64,000 nucleotides of DNA from Bacteroidales bacterium. Its GTDB lineage: Bacteria; Bacteroidota; Bacteroidia; Bacteroidales; WCHB1-69. Shown here in pieces: positions 18,863 to 27,294 of the stretch (positions are counted from its first letter, which is position 1; each line of letters opens with the position of its first letter). The stretch covers positions 2,172 through 66,171 of the forward strand of contig JAFZXM010000028.1 in assembly GCA_017616775.1 (NCBI GenBank). Direction: 5' to 3'. The position numbers and the translations under genes were made by a program. Below the pieces are notes generated by a model. The model searched no databases. It had not been told where the DNA came from and saw only the letters and a list, made by a program, of their open reading frames with translations.

Positions 18863-18870
18863 CAAAGATA
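18863..18870 (-). promoter_or_regulatory. -7 box TATCTTTG upstream of parE
   Basis: Reverse complement of CAAAGATA, 32 nt upstream of the parE ATG. It is the only recognisable promoter motif ahead of the 15-kb minus-strand gene string. Confidence 0.5.
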
Positions 18871-18943
18871 GCTTTTTTTGCTTAATAAATGTCATCAGGT
18901 GTCCACTTATTTTATAACATTTTCATGTTAATACTCCATGCTG

Positions 18944-19387
18944 CTATTTGCTTTGTTTCAAGGTAAAAACCCCGATAGAAGGATGAAGCTCTCCGTTCAG
19001 GACGGCACGGCCTTGATAAGTGCCTTCTATTTGGGATATGTTCCCTATGGTGCTGTATTTTCCTTGTATGATGATCATGTTGATAACAGGTCGGGAAGAA
19101 TCGTCATTGCCGCCCATAACATTTGCAAAACCCAGGGCACCTTTGACGGAATCTCCCTCCGTTTTTTGTAAGGTGGATGATGCTTTGCCGGAATTTTCTT
19201 GTATTACCATTTCTTTTGCCGTACTTTTGGTAATGGTAAACAAATAAATAGAATGATATTCTATGGAATCGTACGTATCTGTTATATAGCCGGTAAAGTT
19301 GCCGATATATTCACCTTTGGAGGGCTCTTTATCGCAAGCTGCAAAGCAAAGGGTAAAGCAGATGAGGATAAATATAATTTTTTTCAT
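18944..19387 (-). CDS. small hypothetical lipoprotein
   Basis: Start moved to MKKIIFILICFTLCFAACDKE (ATG at 19387), which gives a signal peptide with a lipobox cysteine. No recognisable domain. Confidence 0.6.
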   Translation of the reverse strand: MKKIIFILICFTLCFAACDKEPSKGEYIGNFTGYITDTYDSIEYHSIYLFTITKSTAKEMVIQENSGKASSTLQKTEGDSVKGALGFANVMGGNDDSSRPVINMIIIQGKYSTIGNISQIEGTYQGRAVLNGELHPSIGVFTLKQSK

Positions 19388-19415
19388 AAAAACAAGTGTT
19401 AAAACAATAATTATG

Positions 19416-19423
19416 CAAAGATA
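19416..19423 (-). promoter_or_regulatory. -7 box TATCTTTGCA for the small lipoprotein gene
   Basis: Reverse complement of CAAAGATA, ~29 nt upstream of the ATG at 19387. Confidence 0.5.
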
Positions 19424-19562
19424 CAACATTTATTTGAAAAACAACGTATTATTTTAAATAAAAAAAAGTATTGTCAACGGAAAATCTTCCTTTGCCGTGT
19501 TTTTAACAAAGCAAGGATAAAAAAAATTTTTTTATAATATTGACACATAATGTGCTAAATTG

Positions 19563-19570
19563 TATATTTG
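19563..19570 (+). promoter_or_regulatory. -7 box TATATTTGCA for the VWA gene
   Basis: 20 nt upstream of the ATG at 19590. Confidence 0.5.
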
Positions 19571-19589
19571 CAAATTATACTTATTGTAA

Positions 19590-20984
19590 ATGATGAATAG
19601 GAAAAGTTTGATATTGTTTGCAGTGGCGAATTTCTGCCTGGCGTGGGCTTTTGCACAGTCCAAACCAGCTGTTACGCAAGAGAATGTTACTACCCGTATC
19701 CTTTTTATTTTTGATGCATCCAATAGCATGTGGGGGGATTGGCAGAGTGATAAAAAAATACATATTGCCAACCGCTTGTTGTGCAATATGATTGACAGTT
19801 TGGAACAATATCCCAATGTGGAGCTGGCGCTCAGGGTGTATGGTCACCAAAAAGAGTACAAGCAATATGACTGTTATGATACTAAGTTGGAAGTTCCTTT
19901 TGCCGCCAATAATTTCCAGCGAATCAAACAAAAGTTGAAATCCATTTATCCCAAAGGAACCACCCCCATAGCATTATCGCTGCAGGCAGCGGAAAACGAT
20001 TTTCCCAACACTCCCGGTTGCCGCAATGTAATCATTCTTATTACCGACGGAATAGAAGAATGCTCGGGCGATCCTTGCGAAGTGTCCCGTGCGCTGCAGC
20101 GTAAAGGTATTATACTCAAACCGTTTGTTATAGGCATAGGTTCGGATTTCAGCGTGGATTTGAGTTGTGTGGGAAATTATATCGATGCCACCAGCGAAAA
20201 AGATTTCAGCCAGGCTTTGGGTGTTATAGTGGAACAGATATTCAATAAAACAACGTGTCAGGTTAATCTGTTGGATGCCAACGGAATGCCGACGGAATCC
20301 GATGTGGATATGTGTTTTTATGACGAATCCAACGGCAAAATATTGTATAACTATATTCATACCTTGAATGCCAGAGGTTTGCCCGATACTTTGTACCTGA
20401 ATACCATGCCGTCGTACCGCCTTAAGGTAAATACGATTCCTGCCGTGGAAAAACAAGGCATAAAACTTAATCCCGGCTCGCATACAATAATACCCGTGGA
20501 TGTGCCGCAAGGAAAACTATTGGTGAAAACAGCCACCAAAAACACCCGTTATCAAACGGTTCCCATCATAGTCCGTCAGGCGGGAAAGCAAGAAATATTG
20601 AATGTGCAGTATTTTTCCATAGAAGAAAAATATTTGACAGGGAAATATGATTTGGAGGTGCTTTGTTTGCCAAGGGTGATAGTCAGCAATGTGGAAATTA
20701 ATCCGAATTATACGGCTCAAGTTAAAATACCCGATCCCGGAGTGGCTGTGGTGAACAAAGGGGATTTCGGTTCGGGCAGTTTGTATGTGGTGCGAAACGG
20801 AGCGGATGAGTGGATATATAATTTGCGCACTGATGATACCTCCGAATCCATATTGTTGCAGCCGGGTACATACAAAGTGGTGTTCAGAAGGAATAAGGAA
20901 ACGCAAACGGTCAAAACCGCAGAGCAGGTGTTTGTGGTAAAATCCAATGCCACCACCAATGTGAATTTGCCGATAAAAAAATAA
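19590..20984 (+). CDS. secreted von Willebrand factor type A (VWA) domain protein
   Basis: Signal peptide MMNRKSLILFAVANFCLAWAFAQ. MIDAS-like ILFIFDASNSMWG, GTTPIALSL and VIILITDGIEEC. Beta-rich C-terminal half. Confidence 0.8.
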   Translation: MMNRKSLILFAVANFCLAWAFAQSKPAVTQENVTTRILFIFDASNSMWGDWQSDKKIHIANRLLCNMIDSLEQYPNVELALRVYGHQKEYKQYDCYDTKLEVPFAANNFQRIKQKLKSIYPKGTTPIALSLQAAENDFPNTPGCRNVIILITDGIEECSGDPCEVSRALQRKGIILKPFVIGIGSDFSVDLSCVGNYIDATSEKDFSQALGVIVEQIFNKTTCQVNLLDANGMPTESDVDMCFYDESNGKILYNYIHTLNARGLPDTLYLNTMPSYRLKVNTIPAVEKQGIKLNPGSHTIIPVDVPQGKLLVKTATKNTRYQTVPIIVRQAGKQEILNVQYFSIEEKYLTGKYDLEVLCLPRVIVSNVEINPNYTAQVKIPDPGVAVVNKGDFGSGSLYVVRNGADEWIYNLRTDDTSESILLQPGTYKVVFRRNKETQTVKTAEQVFVVKSNATTNVNLPIKK

Positions 20985-20985
20985 T

Positions 20986-22392
20986 GTGATGGGAAAGAAA
21001 AAGAAGGAGAATGTGATCATAGAAAATTTGGCCATAACAGAGGCCGGTTCCGAAGGTGTCTGTATCGGTCGCCATGAGGACAGGGTGGTGTTTGTAAGCA
21101 ATGTGGTTCCGGGCGATATTGCCGATGTGGAAGTGTATAAAAAAAAGCATTCATATTATTTGGCCCGGCCCAAAAACATCCGGCAATATTCCGATAAAAG
21201 AGAGCAGCCCCAATGTGCGCATTTCGGCATATGCGGGGGCTGCAAATGGCAAAACATGCAATATCAATATCAATTGTATTATAAACAAAAACAAGTATTT
21301 GACAATTTTACGCGCATAGGTAAATTTCATTTTCCCGATATCAATCCCATATTGCCTTCGGATAAAATATTCGCTTATAGAAATAAAGTGGAATATACAT
21401 TTGCCGACAGACGGTGGCTGACAAAAGAAGAGCTGGAAACGGCGGACATGAATCACATTTGCGGGGTGGGTTTCCATTTGACATCCGTATTCGACAAGGT
21501 ATTGGACATACAATATTGCCATTTGCATGACAAAATCGGAAATGAAATCAGGGATTGCCTCAAAGCATATGCCCTTGAACACGAACTTCCCTTCTATAAT
21601 GCCCGTTCGCACGAAGGGCTGCTTCGCAATATCATCATCCGCAATTCGGTATGCGGGGATGTGATGGTGATAGTGGTGTTCGGCCGTCAAGATGAATATG
21701 TGATGCCGGTGATGCGGCATTTGCACACCTCGTTTCCGCAAATCACCTCTTTGGTGTATGTGATCAATGAGAAAATGAATGATAACATTGCCGATTTGCC
21801 TGTATATACCTGTTTTGGCAAAGGGTATATGACAGAACAAATGGAAAATCTTCAATTCAAAGTGTCTCCGCAGGCATTCTATCAAACCAATGCGGGACAA
21901 GCGCTGAAATTATATCAAACAGCATTGCGTATGGCGGATATCCGGCCTGCAGATGTGGTGTACGATTTATATACAGGAACAGGCACCATTGCATTGTTTA
22001 TGGCAAGAACGGCGAAAAAAGTGGTGGCGGTGGAATATGTGGAATCGGCAGTGGCCGATGCCAAAGAAAATGCAGCGATGAATAATATTGACAATGTGGT
22101 TTTTTTTGCCGGCGATATGAAAGATGTGTTGAATGAAGAGTTTGTTACCGCTCACGGCCGTCCCGATGTGATAGTGACCGACCCGCCCAGAGCAGGCATG
22201 CATCCTGATGTGGTGGCCCAAATTTTGAAAATCCGGCCCAAACGGATAGTATATGTAAGTTGTAATCCTGCCACCCAAGCCCGGGACATCGCCTTAATGA
22301 TACCATGGTACAAGGTAAAGGAAATACAGCCCGTGGATATGTTCCCGCATACGCATCATGTGGAAAATGTGTGCTTGCTGGAACAATTATGA
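20986..22392 (+). CDS. rlmD: 23S rRNA (uracil-C5)-methyltransferase RlmD/RumA family
   Basis: TRAM-like N-terminus, Fe-S cysteines CAHFGICGGCKWQ, SAM fold DLYTGTGTIAL, VIVTDPPRAGMH and YVSCNPATQARD. The true start may be the ATG at 20989. Confidence 0.85.
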   Translation: MMGKKKKENVIIENLAITEAGSEGVCIGRHEDRVVFVSNVVPGDIADVEVYKKKHSYYLARPKNIRQYSDKREQPQCAHFGICGGCKWQNMQYQYQLYYKQKQVFDNFTRIGKFHFPDINPILPSDKIFAYRNKVEYTFADRRWLTKEELETADMNHICGVGFHLTSVFDKVLDIQYCHLHDKIGNEIRDCLKAYALEHELPFYNARSHEGLLRNIIIRNSVCGDVMVIVVFGRQDEYVMPVMRHLHTSFPQITSLVYVINEKMNDNIADLPVYTCFGKGYMTEQMENLQFKVSPQAFYQTNAGQALKLYQTALRMADIRPADVVYDLYTGTGTIALFMARTAKKVVAVEYVESAVADAKENAAMNNIDNVVFFAGDMKDVLNEEFVTAHGRPDVIVTDPPRAGMHPDVVAQILKIRPKRIVYVSCNPATQARDIALMIPWYKVKEIQPVDMFPHTHHVENVCLLEQL

Positions 22393-23631
22393 TAATTGCT
22401 TTCTTGCAAAAAAAACAAGCGAAATACAACAAACGGCATCTATGGCCATAAAGACGGCAATGCTGTTTTCTTCTGTCAATTGGGTGACGGCAAAAAACAA
22501 CAGACTTCCTAACAAAACAAAAATAAAAGTCATCAAATTCATATAGGCCAGCATGTCGCCGTTTTTTTGTCCGGTATCGGCTTTTTGTATCAAACTCAGG
22601 CACGGCACCTCATAACATCCCCCCATAAAGGCGATAATGAAAACCAATACCGCACAAATGACAACGGGCGGATTGAAAACGATGATGGCGGTTATACAAA
22701 GTATCATTCCTGTCAATCCTATAAGTATCAGTGTTTTGCGTTTGAATATGTTGCAAAGTTTGCCCGTTATGGTGCAACCGATGGCAATGCCGACAGCGGC
22801 AACGGTCATGACTATGCCGGAGATGGTGTTGCTTTGTGCTAAAGTTTGAGTGCAATGTATCAGCAGGTTCATTTGCAAAATGCCGGCAATCATCCAAAAC
22901 GAGGCTTCCCCGAAAATGCCCGCATTGACAACTCCGAACGGTTGGGCATAAAGAAAAGAATTTTTTATGAATTTTATCGGATTGACCGTACCGGCATAGC
23001 CGGCTTCCGGATATTCCTCTACCCGGATGCTCCGGCACATCCAATAGCCGCCGAAAGCAAAAAGGAACAATAATCCTACTACCACGTGTACAATATAATG
23101 GTCCGAAAGAAAGGAAGATAAAAAAGTGCCTGTTAAAATAGCCAAAAACGACATGGTTTCAAAAACACCACTGCCGAAGTTGACACCTTCTTTTCCGCCG
23201 ATTTCTTTTATCAATCCGTATTTGGCAGGGGAATACATGCAGCTTTGTATGCCCATGAGCAAAACCGCCGACAATGCAAGCCACACATTTTGGCAGTAAA
23301 ACCCCGCAGCAGCAATGGCCACAATAGGAAATTCCAGCAATTTGCATATGCGGAAAATTTTGTGTTTGGCATATTTGACGGCCAATTTTCCGCTTAAAGG
23401 GGAAAAAGCAAGATAAGGAATCACCAGGGCTGCCGAAACGGCGGTGGTGAGCTGTGAAGTGTTCAAAAACGACCAACTTGCTGCCATATATACAATGCAG
23501 AATTTCATGAAATTATCGTTAAGAATACCGAAAAAATTGGCAGAAAAAAGATAACACCAATTTTTTTTAACGTTTTTGCGGGAACTGACCGCATCCTGCT
23601 TTTCATTGTTTTGTTGCATGCCGGAAATCAT
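22387..23631 (-). CDS. MFS transporter
   Basis: About 12 hydrophobic segments. The track start (TTG at 23640) lies inside the -7 box, so translation more likely begins at the ATG at 23631 or 23619. The 3' end overlaps the rlmD 3' end by 6 nt. Confidence 0.7.
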   Translation of the reverse strand: MISGMQQNNEKQDAVSSRKNVKKNWCYLFSANFFGILNDNFMKFCIVYMAASWSFLNTSQLTTAVSAALVIPYLAFSPLSGKLAVKYAKHKIFRICKLLEFPIVAIAAAGFYCQNVWLALSAVLLMGIQSCMYSPAKYGLIKEIGGKEGVNFGSGVFETMSFLAILTGTFLSSFLSDHYIVHVVVGLLFLFAFGGYWMCRSIRVEEYPEAGYAGTVNPIKFIKNSFLYAQPFGVVNAGIFGEASFWMIAGILQMNLLIHCTQTLAQSNTISGIVMTVAAVGIAIGCTITGKLCNIFKRKTLILIGLTGMILCITAIIVFNPPVVICAVLVFIIAFMGGCYEVPCLSLIQKADTGQKNGDMLAYMNLMTFIFVLLGSLLFFAVTQLTEENSIAVFMAIDAVCCISLVFFARKQLS

Positions 23632-23637
23632 ATTCGG

Positions 23638-23645
23638 CAAAGGTA
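23638..23645 (-). promoter_or_regulatory. -7 box TACCTTTG for the MFS transporter gene
   Basis: Reverse complement of CAAAGGTA, immediately upstream of the first ATG codons. This implies a very short or absent leader. Confidence 0.45.
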
Positions 23646-23898
23646 ATATTTTTTTTCGTATGCGGAAGTCCTCCGGTTATTCATGCGGCTCAAGGGCCGG
23701 AAATAAAAATAAAAGGTCGGGTTGCACAGGATTGTGCTTCTGCCGGCGGGCGAAATCGGCAGCCGTTGCAAGACTTTCTGTCTTGCAAATGCTTTTCCTT
23801 TGCCGGAGAATAAGGGCTTTAGTCAATTGACCGTCTTGTTTTTGCAAAGCTCCGATAATAATTTTTCAAAAACCATTTCAGTTTTCAAAAAAAAGTGC

Positions 23899-23906
23899 TA
23901 CCTTTG
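23899..23906 (+). promoter_or_regulatory. -7 box TACCTTTGCA for the tRNA gene
   Basis: 15 nt upstream of tRNA position 1. Confidence 0.55.
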
Positions 23907-23920
23907 CAGTCTGATCAGGC

Positions 23921-23994
23921 GGCGGGGTAGCTCAGTTGGTTAGAGCGTCGGATTCATAACCCGGAGGTCTCGAGTTCAATTCTCGATCCCGCTA
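23921..23994 (+). tRNA. tRNA with CAU anticodon (elongator Met most likely; lysidine-modified Ile2 not excluded)
   Basis: Hand-folded cloverleaf: acceptor GGCGGGG/TCCCGCT (two G-U pairs), D arm GCTC-AGTTGGTTA-GAGC, anticodon loop TTCATAA, T arm TCGAG-TTCAATT-CTCGA, discriminator A. CCA is not encoded. Confidence 0.9.
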
Positions 23995-23999
23995 CAAAT

Positions 24000-24035
24000 A
24001 AGGCGGCAATGATAGCATTGCCGCCTTTTGTATTT
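24000..24035. terminator. Rho-independent terminator after the tRNA (also faces the helicase gene end)
   Basis: Perfect 12-bp stem AAGGCGGCAATG / CATTGCCGCCTT with loop ATAG, followed by TTGTATTTTT. Confidence 0.75.
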
Positions 24036-24055
24036 TTCCCGTGCAAGGAAGATGT

Positions 24056-27000
24056 TTAGCAGGACTGCAATATCATTGAACCGTCATTTTGTATATACAG
24101 CAGGGCTTTGTCTGTGACGGTGTAACCCATTTGGGCTATCTTTTCGGCATATTCATTAATCTGGGCTTCGTATTGTTTTTTCGGGGTTCCTGTTTTATAG
24201 TCTATAATACGGGCGGAGTTGCCGTTTAATATCAGTCTGTCCAGGCGTAATGACTTGTTTTTGTCTTGCCATATTTCCACTTCGGTTTTAATAACGGAGT
24301 GTTCATTGCCGAATAGCAAAAGATGATAATCGGGATGACATACGGATTGAATGATAGTGTTCAGCTTTTCTTTTTCAACGGCGGAAAGCGGCGAAGCGGC
24401 AATGCGTTGTAATACAGGTTCTTTATCTTCCGGATATCGTATTTCCGCCAAATAGGCGTGTACGGTGTTTCCCCACAGCTCTTCCGGAGAATCGGGATGA
24501 CTGTCCGAATAGGGTATATGCAATCGATAAGTGCTGTCTGTTACCGGTGCGGACAAGGCTATATTGGCGGGTTCCTGTGTGTTGTTGTCTTTGGTGTCAG
24601 CGGAATATTTTTCCGATATCCCGTATTGGAAGCGGAAAAATTCCTCGCTTTGGTCATCGTATTGCATATCATTTGCATGGGAGAACGCATAGGCGGGAAT
24701 ACTGTCAAGCGTGCTCATGTTATCTTTTTTGCATATTAAATGCAAACGATGTATGGCACGGGTAAACACCACGTATTCCAAATTCAGTTCATCCATGGCG
24801 GTGAGTTGGTCTTCTTCTTCTTTTTCTTTTGCAAAAAGACTTTTATCCATGTCTTTTTTGTTCTGTATAAAGCTTACGGGGAGGTTCAGATCAAGTTCGG
24901 CGGGAATGTTCACCCACATGTCGTTGTTATGGCTTTTGTTGCCTTTGTCCATTTTGGGATATATCACCACAGGAAATTCCAATCCTTTGGAGGAGTGGGC
25001 GGTGAGAATATGTACGGCATTTTTGCTGTTAGGACAGGCCAGTTGCAGGTCTGCATCCTGCCAATATTCCATAAACTGGTGCCGCCCGTAGTGCCGTTGA
25101 TGATAAAACCGGCTTACAAAGTCCAAAAATGTTAATATAAACGGACTATTGTTGTCCATGTTGAACACATGTATGAAATATTCTGTTTTTTGATATAAGT
25201 TCAAAGCAAGAATATGATTGATATTCCATCGGGGGTAGTATTTTGTTATCAAAGGGCTGATATCTTCTTTGGCCAAAGGTAGAACATCATTGGGGGACAA
25301 ATTTTGTTGTTGGCAGATATAATATAAGATAATCAGTTTGTGGAGCTCGTTTTGGGCTTGGTCAACATATTGGATCAGGCTGAGCAGAAATTGTATATCG
25401 GCATGGTTTTTCAAATACAGCATATCGGCAGACATCACATTGATTCCTTGCTTGACAAGATGTTCGGCTATAATCATGCCATGTTTGGTGTTACGTACCA
25501 ATATGGCAATATCCTCATAGGCAAAGCCGTCGTTGACGGCTTGTTTTATTTTGCACAGGCATTCCTGACAAAACACATCGTTTGTGTTTGTAAACTGATC
25601 ATAATGGATGATGTGGTTGTCGCTTTCTGTTTTGAGAATGGAAATACTTACGCATCCCTTGTTTTCGTTACCGGGTTTGATATCTTGTTTTACATTTTGA
25701 TAAATATATTGAATTAATTTGTTTTCACTTTCAGCAAAACGGGCAAAGTACTGATTGTTGAAAGTGATGATATTCCCCATGGAGCGATAATTGGTTTGTA
25801 AAGGTTTGACAAGGGCTCCCGAATGTTCGTCCGTAAGCGATATCATATTGTATATATATCCGTTGCGGAAACGGTAGATGGATTGTTTTTCATCGCCGAA
25901 ATAATATACTTTTCCCGTAAGGCCGGTGCCGGTGCCGATGCTTCCCGAAACGGTGTTTTCCAGCAGAGGAAATAAATTTTTGTATTGCAGAAGGGATGTA
26001 TCTTGAAATTCGTCAATAAAAAAGTAATGATATTTGTTGCCCAAATGCTCATATAAAAATTCTTCACTTTGTGCCAATAAGCAGCCTATGCGTTTTGACG
26101 CTTCACTGATATGAACCAGTTGCCGGCTGTTGTATATTTCTTCTTTGATGGCGTTAAATTGATGTAACAAGGCCATGGAGTGGAAATTGGCGTATATCAA
26201 ATCAAGGGTATATAACAATTGGGAAATACGGTATGCCTCATTTATTTTGGCAATAAGTCCGGGTGCAATGCTGTCAATCTGAATTTTTTTGACAGGGTTT
26301 AGGTTTTGGGCGTATAAGGTGTTTGCCTGTATGTGTTTCAATGGTGTTGAAAAAGGGGTGACATAATTGTTCGCAATGTCTTTGGATTGATTCAAAGCGG
26401 CAATCAATTTACCTATACCGGATTGATATCCCCCCTTAAAATCACGGCATTCTATATGATTGGAATCAATCAGGCGGAGCATGTCCGCTCCTATTGCTTT
26501 TATTTGTTTTTTATAATCGTTCATCTGCCGGTTGATTTTTCCGCTTATTTGATAAAAATCATCGGGGCTGAGATGACGGAGCTTTTGCAAGGGCTCCATT
26601 GCCTGTTCCGAAAAAATGGTTTTACCGATAGTTTTCAAGTTGGATTCAATATTCCATGTGTCGTTGTCATCCAATCGCTTTTGCAGAAAATCATGAATAA
26701 TGGTTGTGATGTCTTTGTCGGTGCCCGTGCGTTGCAATAGCAGGGCGACAATATGGTCGGTAATGGTTTTGCCGTTGAGTTCTATTGTCGCATTGGCGGG
26801 TAATTGCATTTCCATGGAAAAGGTGCGGGCTATACGTTGGAATAAGCTGTCTATGGTGCAAACACAAAAATTATTATAATCGTGATAGATGTTTTGTAAT
26901 ATCAGCTTGCTGCGGTTTTGAATCTCCTGTGGGGTAATGGAAAGATGTTCCTGCCGGAATTTGTTGAGCAGATTGTTCAAAAGGTCCCGGTCCGACAGTG

Positions 27001-27205
27001 AGGACAGCTTGGAAAAAAAAGACAATATACGGTGTTTCATTTCCCCTACCGCTTTATTGGTAAAAGTGATAGCCATAATATGCGTATATACCGATTGCTC
27101 TTTGCTTTTAATGCATAGATATACGTATTCCAAAGCCAAATTGTATGTTTTGCCGGAGCCTGCGGAAGCCCGGTAAACTATATGGTTTTTATTGTATTGT
27201 GCCAT
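24056..27205 (-). CDS. UvrD/Rep-family helicase fused to a PD-(D/E)XK nuclease (AddA/RecB-like)
   Basis: 1049 aa. Walker A ASAGSGKTYNL, DEFQDTS, the C-terminal helicase motif VHILTAHSSKGLEFPVV and the terminal nuclease motif RLDRLIL...RIIDYKTG. Confidence 0.8.
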   Translation of the reverse strand: MAQYNKNHIVYRASAGSGKTYNLALEYVYLCIKSKEQSVYTHIMAITFTNKAVGEMKHRILSFFSKLSSLSDRDLLNNLLNKFRQEHLSITPQEIQNRSKLILQNIYHDYNNFCVCTIDSLFQRIARTFSMEMQLPANATIELNGKTITDHIVALLLQRTGTDKDITTIIHDFLQKRLDDNDTWNIESNLKTIGKTIFSEQAMEPLQKLRHLSPDDFYQISGKINRQMNDYKKQIKAIGADMLRLIDSNHIECRDFKGGYQSGIGKLIAALNQSKDIANNYVTPFSTPLKHIQANTLYAQNLNPVKKIQIDSIAPGLIAKINEAYRISQLLYTLDLIYANFHSMALLHQFNAIKEEIYNSRQLVHISEASKRIGCLLAQSEEFLYEHLGNKYHYFFIDEFQDTSLLQYKNLFPLLENTVSGSIGTGTGLTGKVYYFGDEKQSIYRFRNGYIYNMISLTDEHSGALVKPLQTNYRSMGNIITFNNQYFARFAESENKLIQYIYQNVKQDIKPGNENKGCVSISILKTESDNHIIHYDQFTNTNDVFCQECLCKIKQAVNDGFAYEDIAILVRNTKHGMIIAEHLVKQGINVMSADMLYLKNHADIQFLLSLIQYVDQAQNELHKLIILYYICQQQNLSPNDVLPLAKEDISPLITKYYPRWNINHILALNLYQKTEYFIHVFNMDNNSPFILTFLDFVSRFYHQRHYGRHQFMEYWQDADLQLACPNSKNAVHILTAHSSKGLEFPVVIYPKMDKGNKSHNNDMWVNIPAELDLNLPVSFIQNKKDMDKSLFAKEKEEEDQLTAMDELNLEYVVFTRAIHRLHLICKKDNMSTLDSIPAYAFSHANDMQYDDQSEEFFRFQYGISEKYSADTKDNNTQEPANIALSAPVTDSTYRLHIPYSDSHPDSPEELWGNTVHAYLAEIRYPEDKEPVLQRIAASPLSAVEKEKLNTIIQSVCHPDYHLLLFGNEHSVIKTEVEIWQDKNKSLRLDRLILNGNSARIIDYKTGTPKKQYEAQINEYAEKIAQMGYTVTDKALLYIQNDGSMILQSC

Positions 27206-27294
27206 AAACCTGTGTTTTTTTGAGGATAATTTAATTCCATAGTGCGAAGATACTAATCTTTTTTATGCAAATGCGGCGGAAGAAAATATTTTTT

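Noticed and set aside
19590-20984. Secreted VWA-domain protein, considered as part of a BatA/BatB-like aerotolerance or defence cluster.
   Set aside because: It stands alone with its own promoter, followed by rlmD. No partner genes (MoxR ATPase, DUF58, TPR Bat proteins) are nearby.
23746-23765. Similarity between the GC-rich intergenic blocks at 23746-23765 (GCGGGCGAAATCGGCAGCCG) and 58509-58528 (GCGGGAAAAACAGCAGCAAG), considered as a dispersed repeat family.
   Set aside because: Only ~12-13 matching positions with a gap over 20 nt, and only two copies. This is indistinguishable from chance without a genome-wide count.
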